Of a DNA stretch of 64,000 bases, positions 11,903 to 24,085 are shown one piece after another (within the stretch, counting starts at the first letter, position 1; each line of letters starts with the position of its first letter). Position numbers and translations under genes: made by a program. Source of the DNA: Mobula hypostoma (Eukaryota); contig NC_086108.1 of NCBI RefSeq assembly GCF_963921235.1, forward strand, positions 94,056,001 to 94,120,000, read 5' to 3'. Under the pieces are notes generated by a model. It saw only the letters and a program-made list of their open reading frames with translations. It searched no databases and was not told the DNA's origin.

Positions 11903-13995
11903 ATAGAACCATAGAAACTACAGCACAGAAACAGGCCTTTTGGCCCTTCTTGGCTGTGCCGAACCATTTTCTGCCTAGTCCCACTGACCTGCACATGGAC
12001 CATATCCCTCCATACACCTCCCATCCATGTATCTGTCCAATTTATTGTTAGATGTTAAAAAAGAACCCGCATTTACCACCTCATCTGGTAGCTCATTCCA
12101 TACTCCCACCACTCTCTGTGTGAAGAAGCCCCCCCCCAATGTTTCCTTTAAATTTTCCCCCCCTCACCCTTAACCCATGTCCTCTGGTTTTTTTCTCCCC
12201 TTGCCTCAGTGGAAAAAGCCTGCTTGCATTCACTCTATCTATACCCATCATAATTTTATATACCTCTATCAAATCTCCCCTCATTCTTCTACGCTCTAGG
12301 GAATAAAGTCCTAACCTATTCAACCTTTCTCTGTAACTGAGTTTCTCAAGTCCCAGCAACATCCTTGTAAACCTTCTCTGCACTCTTTCAACCTTATTTA
12401 TATCCGTCCTGTAATTTGGTGACCAAAACTGAACACAATACTCCAGATTCGGCCTCACCAATGCCTTATACAACCTCATCATAATATTCCAGCTCTTATA
12501 CTCAATACTTTGATTAATAAAGGCCAATGTACCAAAAGCTCTCTTTACGACCCTATCTACCTGTGGCGCCACTTTTAGGGAATTTTGTATCTGTATTCCC
12601 AAATCCCTCTGTTCTACTGCACTCCTCAGTGCCTTACCATTAACCCTGTATGTTCTACCTTGGTTTGTCCTTCCAACGTGCAATACCTCACACTTGTCTG
12701 TATTAAACTCCATCTGCCATTTTTCAGCCCATTTTTCCAGCTGGTCCAAGTCCCTCTGCAGGCTCTGAAAACCTTCCTCACTGTCTACTGCACCTCCAAT
12801 CTTTGTATCATCAGCAAATTTGCTGATCCAATTTACCACATTATCATCCAGATCATTGATATAGATGACAAATAACAATGGACCCAGCACTGATCCTTGT
12901 GGCACACCACTAGTCACAGGCCTCCACTCAGAGAAGCAATTCTCAACTACCACTCTTTGGCTTCTTCCATTGAGCCAATGTCTAATCCAATTTACCACCT
13001 CTCCATTTATACCTAGCGACTGAATTTTCCTAACTAACCTCCCATGCAGGACCTTGTCAAAGGCCTTACTGAAGTCCATGTAGACAATATCCACTGCCTT
13101 CCCATCATCCACTTTCCTGGTAACCTCCTCGAAAAACTCCAATAGATTGGTCAAACATGACCTACCACGCACAAAGCCATGTTGACTCTCCCTAATAAGT
13201 CCCTGTCTATCCAAATGCTTGTAGATTCTGTCTCTTAGTACTCCCTCCAATAACTTACCTACTACTGACGTTAAACTTACCGGCCTATAATTTCCCGGAT
13301 TACTTTTCGATCCTTTTTTAAACAACCGAACAACATGAGCCACTCTCCAATCCTCCGGCACCTCATCCGTAGACAGCGATGTTTTAAGTATTTCTGCCAG
13401 GGCCCCTGCAATTTCAACACTAGTCTCCTCCAAGGTCCGAGGGAACACCCTGTCAGGTCCCGGGCATTTACCCATGTTAATTTTCCTCAAGACAGCAAGC
13501 ACCTCCTCCTTTACAATCTGTACAATTTCCATGATCTCACTACTTGATTCCCTTAATTCCATAGACTTCATGGCAGTTTCCTTAGTAAATATTGACGCAA
13601 AAAACCTATTTAAGATCTCCCCCATTTCCTTTGGTTCCGCACATAGCTGACCACTCTGATCTTCAAGAGGACCAAGTTTATCCCTTACAATCCTTTTGCT
13701 CTTAATATACCTGTAAAAGCTCTTTGGATTATCCTTCACTTTGACTGCCAAGGCAACCTCATGTCTTCTTTTAGCCCTCCTGACTTCTTTCTTAAGTATT
13801 TTCTTGCACTTCTTATACTCCTCAAGCAGCTGATTTACTCCCTGTTTCCTATACATGTCATACAACTCCCTCTTCTTCTTTATCAGAGTTGCAATATCCC
13901 TGGAGAACCAAGGTTCCTTATTCCTATTCACTTTGCCTTTAATCCTGACAGGAACATACAAACTCTGCACTCTCAAAATTTCTCCTTTGAAAACT
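11903..13995 (-). mobile_element. 5'-truncated CR1 LINE; ORF2 RT region open over about 630 codons
   Basis: ORF 12093-14168 contains NYRPVSLTS, YMDFSKAFDKV, GVPQGSVLGP, KFADD, LVRPNLEYC. 3' tail atagaaccatagaa. Confidence 0.95.
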
Positions 13996-15493
13996 TTCAT
14001 TAGGAGTTTGAGAAGATTTGCTATGTCACCAAAGATTCTATCAAATTTCTGCCAGTGTAAGGTGGAGAGCATTCTAACTGGTTGCATCATCTCCTGATAT
14101 GGAGGCTCTAATGCGCAGAACGGCCCTCCCCACCATTGAGGACATCTTCCAAAGTCAGTATCCGTCACTAAAGACCCTCACTATAACCATATGAGACATG
14201 CCCTCTCTCATTACTACCAGCGGGGAGGAGGCACAGGAGCTTAAAGACTCACTCCTAACATCTTAGGAAGAGCTCCTTTCTCTCCAGCATCAGATCTCCG
14301 AATGGTCCATAAAAATCACTATATGTTAGAAAAAGTAAATACATTCTGCAGAAGAGGAATAATGAGTGTTGATGGGCTCATTGACCATTGGCACACTTTA
14401 GGGCAGGTGCAGAGGAGATCCGCCAAAATGAGTTTTGTGGAGTCCTGGAGTGGTCCTTTGGCCCAGTGAGTCTGTGCTGACCACAGTGCCCACTCAGCTA
14501 ATGACAATTTATTGAATTTGGGCCAGATGCCGCCCCCCCCCCCCCCCACCATGTACCTGTCCATTTGCACCTACCCGTGGAGACTGGAAAGTCACCTTTG
14601 GAGAAAGGATGGTTGAGGAATGATTTAGTAGAAATGTTCATTACATTCAGCTTTGATTAAGTAAATAAAATTGCTAACCAGGGGGCATCATTGCAGGACA
14701 TCTGGCAAAACAAACAGGGAAATGAGAGGAATTTCCTTTCTAATGTTACCCTGTGTTATGGAAGGCAAACATAATGCACACTTATGAGAATTTGAGATTT
14801 CCAAGTTAGTCATACTTGTGGAAGAGTGAGTCAAGTTGGAGATTGTTTGCCTACACATATAATTTAAAGAAGACTACATAGAATCTAGCAGATTGGAAAT
14901 GATCTGGTGAGATTCTTTTGAAAAACCTTGATGGTCAATATGGAAGTTCGTACATTTCTGCATGAGCCTGTAAATAGTGCTCATATACAGCACCAAACCT
15001 GTCCATTGCTCGCTTGATTACTAGGAACATGGGAAGCATTCTTGTTTAGTTTTTGATATATTTGTAGTGTTAGCTTGTTTGTTTCAAGGTCATAATATGG
15101 CAACAATTTATCAGCCCATCCAGTGCTCAACAATAATATTGTCTAATGTGTAATTTTGATACTGATAAATAGTGTACAGTATTTGCTGCCAGGGCCACAT
15201 TTATTGTTCATCTCTGGTTATGTGGGATAAAAGGAAGGCCTGTTTTAAAGCCAACTGAACTGGTGCCTGGAACAAGAGAAAATCTGCAGATGCTGGAAAT
15301 CCAAAGCAACACAACACACACAGGAACTCAGTAGGCCAAGCAGCATCTGTGGAAAAGAGACACTTCATCAGGACTGGAAAAAAAAACTTCCTCCCCTCCT
15401 CCCTCTGTGGCAGCAATATAGAGGGTGCAGAAGTGAATCACCAGGATGTTGCCTGAGATGGGGATTGTACATGTAAGAAGAGTTTGGGTAGAC

Positions 15494-15629
15494 AACAGGA
15501 ATTCTGCAGATGCTGGAAATTCAAGCAACACACATCAAAGTTGCTGGTGAACGCAGCAGGCCAAGCAGCATCTATAGGAAGAGGCGCAGTCGACGTTTCA
15601 GGCCGAGACCCTTCGTCAGGACTAACCGA
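15494..15629 (-). mobile_element. Solitary PLE terminus with hammerhead motif (15588-15623)
   Basis: Ends a few bases past the HHR stem I. Flanked by ttgggtagac (15484-15493) and ttgggtaggc (15630-15639). Confidence 0.8.
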
Positions 15630-16016
15630 TTGGGTAGGCTAGGTTTATCAGCATATGGGCTTCCAGCTACCAAAATTAAAAGACCTGTTCAAGGCTAGAG
15701 CAGAGAAAAGAGCTGAAAAAATTACTGCAGACTCCACCCCCTCCCGCCCCCAAGTAGTTCCCTATTCACCAAATTGCCATCAGGGAGATGCTGCAAGTCC
15801 AATCCCACCAGGACTACATGTCATCTCTACATGAAAGCTTCTTTCCTGCTGCTATCCAACTTCTCAACAAACCTCACCCAGGTGTAATATCCTGACTGTC
15901 CCCGCACAACATCCGTTAAGTGGTCTTTCCTGCTGTCCTTCTGTTGATAATTATTGAGTTTGTTCTTTATCTTCACCCTTGCACATGTGACTGTTCTGCT
16001 AATTGTTAATTTCAAA

Positions 16017-16762
16017 ACGGGGAGAACATCCAGGAATCTGAGATGCAGAGGGATCTGGGAGTCCTTGTGCAGAACACCCTGAAGGTTAATTTGCAGATTG
16101 AGTCAGTGGTGAGGAAAGCAAATGCCATGCTAGCATTCATTTCAAGAGGTCTAGAATACAAGAGCAAGGTTGTGATGATGAGGCTTTATGAGGCACTGGC
16201 GAGGCCTCACCTTGAGTATTATGAACAGTTTTGGGCCCCTCATCTTAAAAAAGACGTGCTGGCATTGGAGAGGGTCCAGAGGAGGTTCACAAGGATGATT
16301 CAGGAATGAAAGGGTTATCATACGAGGAACGTTTGGTAGCTCTGGGTTTGTACTCGCTGGAATTCAGAAGGATGAATTCTTGAAAACTTTCGAATGTTGA
16401 AAGGCCTAGACAGACTAGATGTCAAAAGGATGTTTCCCATGGTGGGAGAGTCTAGGACAAGAGGGCATTGCCTCAGGATAGAGGGACGCCCTTTCAAAAT
16501 AGAGATGTGGAGAAATTTCTTTAGCCAAAGAGTGGTGAATTTGTGGAATTTGATGCCACACTTGCGGCTGTGGAGACCAGGTTGTTGGGTGTATTTAAGG
16601 CAGAGATTGATAGGTTCTTGATTGAACATGGCATCAAAGGTTACGGGGAGAAGGCCGGGAACTGGGGTTGAGGAGAAGTGAAAAAAGGATCAGCCATGAT
16701 TGAATGGTGGAGCAGATTCAATGAACCAGATGGCTTAATTCTGCTCCTGTGTCTTATGGTCT
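16017..16762 (+). mobile_element. CR1 LINE 3' fragment (RT C-terminus plus UTR)
   Basis: RDLGVLVQ...LARPHLEYYEQFWAPH...ERVQRRFTRMI and FFSQRVVNLWN. Confidence 0.9.
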
Positions 16763-16919
16763 TTTGTTGATTGCTCATGGCTATTTGCCCCATTGTCTTA
16801 TAAAATGTTGGTTGCTATTGTATTGCCTGTTGTGGTGTCCCGTGTTTTATGGTTGGCACTGAACCACAATAAATTCTGATGTGTTCCACGTACTGGCAAT
16901 GAAGTGATTCAGATTTGGA

Positions 16920-17475
16920 TAGTCTGACTTGAGGGAGTCAGAATGGCTTTGTGCACGAGAAGTTGTGTTTAAATATTTTAGTTTTTTTTTGAAGAGGTAA
17001 CCAAAAATGTGGATATGGGTAGGGCAGTTGATGTTGTCTATTTGGATTTGAGCAAAGTCTTCAACAAGGTTCTGCATGATAGGCTACTGTAGAAGGTTAG
17101 GACCTATGGGACTCAGGAAGAGGGTGATTGTTCAAGGCTGTTTATTGGAATGGAGGTTGGTGACTGTGTGCCAGGGGTCAGTGTTTGGGACTTTTGTTAT
17201 TTACATTAATGATTTGGATGCAAATAAACAATGCTAATCAGTAAATTCGTGTAGGACCTGGACCTGGGAGGTGTTGTTGATGGTGAAATAGGTTATCAAA
17301 GATTATAGGAGGATTTTGATCAGTTTGGGAAGTGGGTTGAGGAGGGGCAAATGGATTTCGGTTCAGGTACGTTGAAGTGATAAATTTTGGAAAGTCAAAC
17401 TTGCAGAGGACATGTATGATGCATGGTAGGACAGTAGAGAGTGTAATGGAACAGGGGGACACGTGCATAGTTCAT
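16920..17475 (+). mobile_element. Highly degenerate CR1 RT fragment
   Basis: gcagttgatgttgtctatttggatttgagcaaagtcttcaacaaggt (VDVVYLDLSK) and related blocks. Confidence 0.6.
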
Positions 17476-17644
17476 TGATTGGAAGTGGTAGTTGGGAAGT
17501 GGAAAAGATTGGAAACAGTAGTTGGGAAAGTGGAGACAGAGATGGTGGGTGGGATGAAATGGGTGATTTGGAGGGCAGATGTCAATCAGCAGGCGGTTAG
17601 TTGGATGAGGGCTCTCGGTATGTAAGTTAACCTCATCGGGTGTG

Positions 17645-19240
17645 ATTTGAAATGAATTGGCTTTATTTCTTACATCCTTCATATACATGAGTAAAAATTT
17701 TTACGTAACTTCTCCTTCTAAATATGCAATGTGTAATTTATAGTACTTTATAATAAATAGTATGTACAACAGGACAGTTAATATAACATAGAAATATAAT
17801 TGTATCAGCATGAATTATTCATTCTGAAGGCCTGGTGGAAGAAGCTGCTGGTCCTGGCTTTTATGCTGCGGTACTGCTTCCCGGATGGTAGCAGCTGGAA
17901 CAGTTTGTGATTGGGGTGACTTGGGTCTCCAATGATCCTTCGGGCCCTTTTTATGCACCTGTCTTTGTAGATGTCCTGAACAGTGAGAAGTTCAGATCTA
18001 CAGATGCGCTGGGCTGTCTGCACCACTCTCTGCAGAGTCCTGCGATTAAGGGAGGTACAGTTCCCGTACCAGGCAGTGATGCATCCAGTCAGGATGCTCT
18101 CAATTGTGCCCCTGTAGAAAGTTCATAGGACTTGGGGGCCCATACTGAACTTCTGAGGTGAAAGAGGCACTGTTGTGCCTTTTTCACCGCACAGCTGGTA
18201 TGTACAGACCACATGAGATCCTTGGTGATGTGGCTGCCAAGGCACTTAAAGCTGTTCACCCTCTCAACCCCAGATCCATTGATGTCGATAGGAGTTAGCC
18301 TGTCTCCATTCCTCCTGTAGTCCACAACCAGCTCCTTTGTTTTTGCAATGTTGAGGGAGAGGTTGTTTTCTTGACAGCACTGTGTCAGGGTGATGACTTC
18401 TCTGTAGGCTGCCTCATTATTATTTGAGATTAGGCCAATCAGTGTAGTGTCAACAGCAAATATAATTAGCAGATTGGAGCTGTGGGTGGTGACACAGTCA
18501 TGGGTATACTGAGAGTAAAGGAGGGGCCTTGGGGCACCTGTGTTGAGGGTCAGAGTGGCAGAGGTGAGGGAGCCCACTCTTACCACCTGCCGGTGATCTA
18601 AGAGGAAGTCCAGGAAGGCCAAAGTCTCTGAGCTTCTTGTGGACCCTGCAGAAATTATGGTGTTGAATGCTGAACTGTAGTCCAAGAGCAGCATTCTCAA
18701 CAAGCATCCCTCTTCTCCAGATGTGTAAGGACGGAGTGTAGAGCTGTGGTTATGGCATCATCTGACAATCGGTTGTGTCGGTAGGTGAATTGTAGGGGTC
18801 CAGTGTGGGTAGCAGCATGCTGCAGATGTAGTCCTTGACCATCCTCTCAAAGCATCTGCTTATTATTGAGGTGAGTGCGACAGGAATCCAGTCATTCAGA
18901 CATTACCTTGGTCTTTTTAGGTAAAGGGACAATGGTGGATGCTTTGAGACAGAAGGGAAATCTACACTGGGAGAGAGAGAGAGATTAAAAATATCTGTAA
19001 TCACACCGGCCAATTGTACTGCGCACACCCTGAGTACCGGCCCTGGGGTGCCATCCGGTCCCGCAGCCTTGTGACTGTCCCCTGGTTGGAAAAACCTGTG
19101 TACTTCAGCCTCAGAGATGACCAAGCTGCCGGTCACTTCAGCACTTCAGTATTGGCGACATCGAATCAAGCGTGAAAAAAAGATTTAGCTCGTCTGGGAG
19201 GGAGGCAGCAATGTTGGAAACTCCACTGCATTTAGCTTTG
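17645..19240 (-). mobile_element. Rex1/Babar-type LINE fragment with frameshifted RT
   Basis: KAAGPDG, RMLLLDYSSAFNTI, LLYSQYTHDC, FAVDTTLIG, FQLLPSGKQYRSIKART. Confidence 0.85.
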
Positions 19241-20205
19241 AAGTCTGCGATGGTGTGCCAACCTTTGATCAGGCAGCTGATGAGCTGCTGAGTAGGCAGC
19301 CAGCAGAGCCAGGGTTGGAGAGCTGTCAGTCTTCTGTCTTCCCCTCACTTCCACCCGCCTGATAGCACATATCACCAGACTCAGGGACAGCTTAACCCCA
19401 TTGTTATAAGACAATTGAATGGTTTCCTAGTACAATAAGATGAACTCTTGATCTATCTTTATGACCTTGTTGTTTGTTTCCTGGCACTGCACTTTCTCTA
19501 CAGCTGTCATACTTTATTCTGCATTGTTATTGTTTTACCTTGTTCTACCTCAATGTACTTTGCAATAATTTGATCTGTAAGATAAGATTTTCATTGTACT
19601 TCTGTACACGTGACAATAATACACCAATATCAAGGCAGCAGGCAATGCACTTGGAAGACTTGCCCGGGAAAGTCAGAAAGCCTCCACCCCCTGTGTGTTG
19701 TGTGTAGCGAGACTGGGTTCCTACTAACAACCCCTGGCAGTGGGCAAGGGAAGATCAAGGCCCTAGTAACAGCAAAGCAGTCTCATCTAGGAGCTTTGGA
19801 GTTTTGATGTTTTGGTGCGTAGACTCCATATATGAGAATTATGTGATGCAAAGCACACCGTGTATCCCATTTCTCAACACCCCTCGGGCCTGGTGGCCTC
19901 CAATCTCACACGATGTACCCAATAGGGCATTTCATAACATTGAAACGAGGCCCTGAGAAACATCATGTTCCGGGCCATTAGGTTTCTGCAAGAAATTTAG
20001 TTGCCAGGTTGGGATTAGCACTTGCCTCATCTGTTGGTGGGACATTATTAAGGAGGGACAACCAACCAGTAAGGCAAGGGAGGACCCACGCTGTTCAAGT
20101 CCACATCTTTATTAATTTATTTAATGACATTACTGGACAATAGGATGGACACAGAAAGGGTAAGTACCAATGCTTTTCTGCAAAAGGATTGATTCATAGT
20201 AACAA

Positions 20206-22546
20206 CAGGAATTCTGCAGATGCTGGAAATTCAAGCAACATACATCAAAGTTGCTGGTGAACGCAGCAGGCCAGGCAGCATCTCTAGGAAGAGGCGCAGT
20301 CGACATTTCAGGCCGAGACCCTTCGTCAGGACTAACTGAAGGAAGAGTGAGTAAGGGATTTGAAAGCTGGAGGGGGAGGGGGAGATCCAAAATGATAGGA
20401 GAAGACAGGAGGGGGAGGGATAGAGCCGAGAGCTGGACAGGTGATAGGCAAAAGGGGATACGAGAGGATCATGGGACGGGAGGTCCGGGAAGAAAGACAA
20501 GGAGGGGGAGGTGACCCAGAGGATGGGCAAGAGGTATATTCAGAGGGACAGAGGGAGAAAAAGGAGAGTGAGAGAAAGAATGTGTGCATAAAAATAGGTG
20601 CCTAGCGGAAGTTAGAGAAGTCGATGTTCATGCCATCAGGTTGGAGGCTACCCAGACGGAATATAAGGTGTTGTTCCTCCAACCTGAGTGTGGCTTCATC
20701 TTTACAGTAGAGGAGGCCGTGGATAGACATGTCAGAATGGGAATGGGATGTGGAATTAAAATGTGTGGCCACTGGGAGATCCTGCTTTCTCTGGCGGACA
20801 GAGCGTAGATGTTCAGCAAAGCGGTCTCCCAGTCTGCGTTGGGTCTCACCAATATATAAAAGGCCACATCGGGAGCACCGGACGCAGTATATCACCCCAG
20901 TCGACTCACAGTTGAAGTGATGCCTCACCTGGAAGGACTGTTTGGGGCCCTGAATGGTGGTAAGGGAGGAAGTGTAAGGGCATGTGTAGCACTTGTTCCG
21001 CTTACACGGATAAGTGCCAGGAGGGAGATCAGTGGGGAGGGATGGGGGGGACGAATGGACAAGGAAGTTGTGTAGGGAGCGATCCCTGCGGAATGCAGAG
21101 AGAGGCGGGGAGGGAAAGATGTGCTTAGTGGTGGGATCCCGTTGGAGGTGGCGGAAGTTACGGAGAATAATATGTTGGATCCAGAGGCTGGTGGGGTGGT
21201 AGGTGAGGACCAGGGGAACCCTATTCCTAGTGGGGTGGTGGGAGGATGGAGTGAGAGCAGATGTACGTGAAATGGGGGAGATGCGTTTAAGAGCAGAGTT
21301 GATAGTGGAGGAAGGGAAGCCCTTTTCTTTAAAAAATGAAGACATCTCCCTCGTCCTAGAATGAAAAGCCTCATCCTGAGAGCAGATGCGGCGGAGACGG
21401 AGGAATTGCGAGAAGGGGATGGCGTTTTTGCAAGAGACAGGGTGAGAAGAGGAATAGTCCAGGTAGCTGTGAGAGGCTGTAGGCTTATAGTAGACATCAG
21501 TGGATAAGCTGTCTCCAGAGACAGAGGCAGAAAGATCTAGAAAGGGGAGGGAGGTGTCGGAAATGGACCAGGTAAACTTGAGGGCAGGGTGAAAGTTGGA
21601 GGCAAAGTTAATAAAGTCAACGAGTTCTGCATGCGTGCAGGAAGCAGCGCCAATGCAGTCGTCGATGTAGCAAAGGAAAAGTGGGGGACAGATACCAGAA
21701 TAGGCACGGAACATAGATTGTTCCACAAACCCAACAAAAAGGCAGGCATAGCTAGGACCCATACGGGTGCCCATAGCTACACCTTTAGTTTGGAGGAAAT
21801 GGGAGGAGCAAAAGGAGAAATTATTAAGAGTAAGGACCAATTCCGCTAGACGGAGCAGAGTGGTGGTAGAGGGGAACTGATTAGGTCTGGAATCCAAAAA
21901 GAAGCATAGAGCTTTGAGACCTTCCTGATGGGGGATGGAAGTATATAAGGACTGGACATCCATGGTGAAAATAAAGCGGTGGAGGCCAGGGAACTTAAAA
22001 TCATTGAAAAGTTTAAGAGCGTGAGAAGTGTCACGAATATAGGTCGGAAGGGATTGAACAAGGGGTGATAAAACAGTGTCGAGGTATGCAGAAACGAGTT
22101 CGGTGGGGCAGGAGCAAGCTGAGACAATAGGTCGGCCAGGACAGGCAGGTTTGTGGATCTTGGGTAGGAGGTAGAAACGGGAAGTGCGGGGTGTGGGAAC
22201 TATAAGGTTGGTAGCAGTGGATGGGAGATCCCCTGAGCGGATAAAGTCGGTGATGGTGTGGGAGACAATGGCCTGGTGCTCCTTAGTGGGGTCACGATCG
22301 AGGGGTAAATAAGAGGAGGTATCGGCGAGTTGTCGCTGCGCCTCGGCAAGGTAGAGGTCAGTACGCCAGACTACAACAGCACCCCACTTATCAGCGGGTT
22401 TAATAATAAGGTTAGGATTAGTGCGGAGGGAGTGGAGAGCAGAGCGTTCCGAAGGAGTGAGGTTGGAATGGGGACAAGGTGCGGTGAAGTCGAGACGGTT
22501 GATGTCCCGTCGGCAGTTAGCAATAAAGAGATCCAGAGCGGGCAGA
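20206..22546 (-). mobile_element. 5'-truncated Penelope-like element (Neptune-type) with 14-bp TSD
   Basis: attcatagtaacaa at 20192-20205 and 22565-22578. Long RT plus GIY-YIG ORF. HHR-bearing terminus at 20206-20335. Confidence 0.95.
20298..20333 (-). ncRNA. Hammerhead motif, variant GAAAU-GUC
   Basis: Reverse complement agtcCTGACGAagggtctcggcctGAAATGTCgact, with a CpG-type change in helix III. Confidence 0.7.
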
Positions 22547-22554
22547 AGTAACAA
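20602..22554 (-). CDS. PLE reverse transcriptase plus GIY-YIG endonuclease, N-terminally truncated, no stops over 650 codons
   Basis: IIKPADK, FYLLPKIHK, GRPIVS, MDVQSLYTSIP, QTKGVAMG, YIDD, FLD, YYKPT, CKRNKCYTC linker, VIYC..C..C...YIGET. The called start lies at the insertion junction and is not a real start codon. Confidence 0.93.
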   Translation of the reverse strand: MLLLPALDLFIANCRRDINRLDFTAPCPHSNLTPSERSALHSLRTNPNLIIKPADKWGAVVVWRTDLYLAEAQRQLADTSSYLPLDRDPTKEHQAIVSHTITDFIRSGDLPSTATNLIVPTPRTSRFYLLPKIHKPACPGRPIVSACSCPTELVSAYLDTVLSPLVQSLPTYIRDTSHALKLFNDFKFPGLHRFIFTMDVQSLYTSIPHQEGLKALCFFLDSRPNQFPSTTTLLRLAELVLTLNNFSFCSSHFLQTKGVAMGTRMGPSYACLFVGFVEQSMFRAYSGICPPLFLCYIDDCIGAASCTHAELVDFINFASNFHPALKFTWSISDTSLPFLDLSASVSGDSLSTDVYYKPTASHSYLDYSSSHPVSCKNAIPFSQFLRLRRICSQDEAFHSRTREMSSFFKEKGFPSSTINSALKRISPISRTSALTPSSHHPTRNRVPLVLTYHPTSLWIQHIILRNFRHLQRDPTTKHIFPSPPLSAFRRDRSLHNFLVHSSPPSLPTDLPPGTYPCKRNKCYTCPYTSSLTTIQGPKQSFQVRHHFNCESTGVIYCVRCSRCGLLYIGETQRRLGDRFAEHLRSVRQRKQDLPVATHFNSTSHSHSDMSIHGLLYCKDEATLRLEEQHLIFRLGSLQPDGMNIDFSNFR

Positions 22555-23164
22555 GTAACAAGTAATTCATAGTAACAAGTGGCTTTGATTGTTATTGATT
22601 CACCAGAGGACTTCTGGAGAATGCAGTTGGCATTATTTAAAATATAATACTGCAATTATTGAATGTTTTCACAGCATGAGTCATTAATTTTATTTCTGTT
22701 TCTCCGACATGCAAATGTTTGCTGGTATTGTCTCTACAACCCAGAGTCTGCACCTGGTCCCTCCCTGCCTAATAATGCCAGCAATGCAGTCTAGTGGTGG
22801 TTATGGGATGAGGAATTTCCTGCCTCCCTGGTGAGAATATTTTCAAACACTCAGTAGGCCAGGCATCATCTGTAGAATGAGAAACAGAGTTAAAGTTTTG
22901 AGGCTGGGGAACTTCAGGTGATGACTCTGACTCTATCCAACAGTTGCTGGTTTTGTTTCAGATTTTCGGCATCTGCAGTATATTGGATATTCAATCTATA
23001 GTAGCGAGGTATAGAAGGAGAGAAAGAACATAGTCTTTTTCCCACGGAGGAGATGCTAAAAATAAGGGATATTTATTTATTTGTCTGTCTGGCTCTTTAT
23101 TTATTTCTTACATTCAAGGGATGTATGAGCAATAAGGAAGGGACATGTGGGAGGATATTGCCCA

Positions 23165-23622
23165 AACACTAAGAGTGTATACATAATTGTTTTGTATACT
23201 TCAATGTACAGTCAGATATGCAATCAGATCAATGTGTATTGATCAGTCTGATGGCCGGGTGGTAGAAGGTCCCGTGCCTATTGGTCCTGGCCTTAATGCC
23301 GTGGTACCGTTTGCCAGACGGTAGCAGCTGAAACAGTTTGTGGTTGGGGTGGCTGGAGTCCCTAATGATCCCCTGGGCCCTTTTTACACACCTGCTGCTG
23401 TAAATGTCCGAAATAGAGGAAAGCTGACACCCACAGGTGAGCCGGGCTGTCGGCATCGCTCTCTGCAGTGCCCTGTGATTGAGGGTACTACAGTTCCCCT
23501 GCCAGACGATGACACAGCCAGTTAGCATGCTCTCAGTGGTGCCCCTGTAGAAAGTCCTGAGGATTTGAGTCTCCTTCAGCCGTCTGAGGTGTAAAAGGCA
23601 CTGCTGTGCTTTTTAATCACCA
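23165..23622 (-). mobile_element. Rex1/Babar LINE 3' fragment
   Basis: MLTGCVIVWQGNC...FQLLPSGKRYHGIKARTNR. Confidence 0.8.
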
Positions 23623-23639
23623 CATTGCTGGAGACAGGT

Positions 23640-24085
23640 GAGAGATTTTACCGTGGAGAAGGTTTCACCTGGTTGCATCACCAGCTGGTATGGAGGTGCC
23701 AAGACACAGGACCAAAAAAAGCTGCAGAGGATTGTAAACTCGGCCGTCTCCATCATGGGCACCAGTCTCCCCACTTTCGACAACATCTTCAAAAGGTGAT
23801 GCCTGAAAAAGGCAGCATCCGCCTTTAAGGACCCAGGATAAACCCTTTTCTCACTACTACCATTAGAACGCCTGAAGGCACAAGCTCGATATTTGAAGAA
23901 CAGTTTCTGCCTGTCCGGTATCAGATTTCTGGATGGACAATGAACCCATAAACACTACTTCACTGTTCTTGCTCTCCTTTTGCCCTACTCATTTACTTTT
24001 ATGACATTACATTCTGCGTTGTCCTGCTGTCACGAAACAACAAATTTCAAAACTTAGGTTAGTGATAATAAACCTGATTCTGACT
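23640..24085 (+). mobile_element. Rex1/Babar LINE 3' fragment (degenerate)
   Basis: ggttgcatcaccagctggtatgga, aaaggcagcatcc, tail gataataaacctgattctga. Confidence 0.65.

Larger units (their letters stand above)
10960..14320 (+). mobile_element. Rex1/Babar LINE fragment split into three pieces (about 10960-11035, 11725-11902, 13996-14320) by younger insertions
   Basis: The pieces encode consecutive motifs: LNASKTKELI, VDFRKGK...VERVSSFTFLGINI, FIRSLRRFAMSPKILSNF...ESILTGCI. Confidence 0.75.

Noticed and set aside
13996..14168. Novel N-terminal extension on the 691-aa CR1 ORF
   Set aside because: The first 58 or so residues are the antisense read-through of the flanking Rex fragment beyond the CR1 truncation point.
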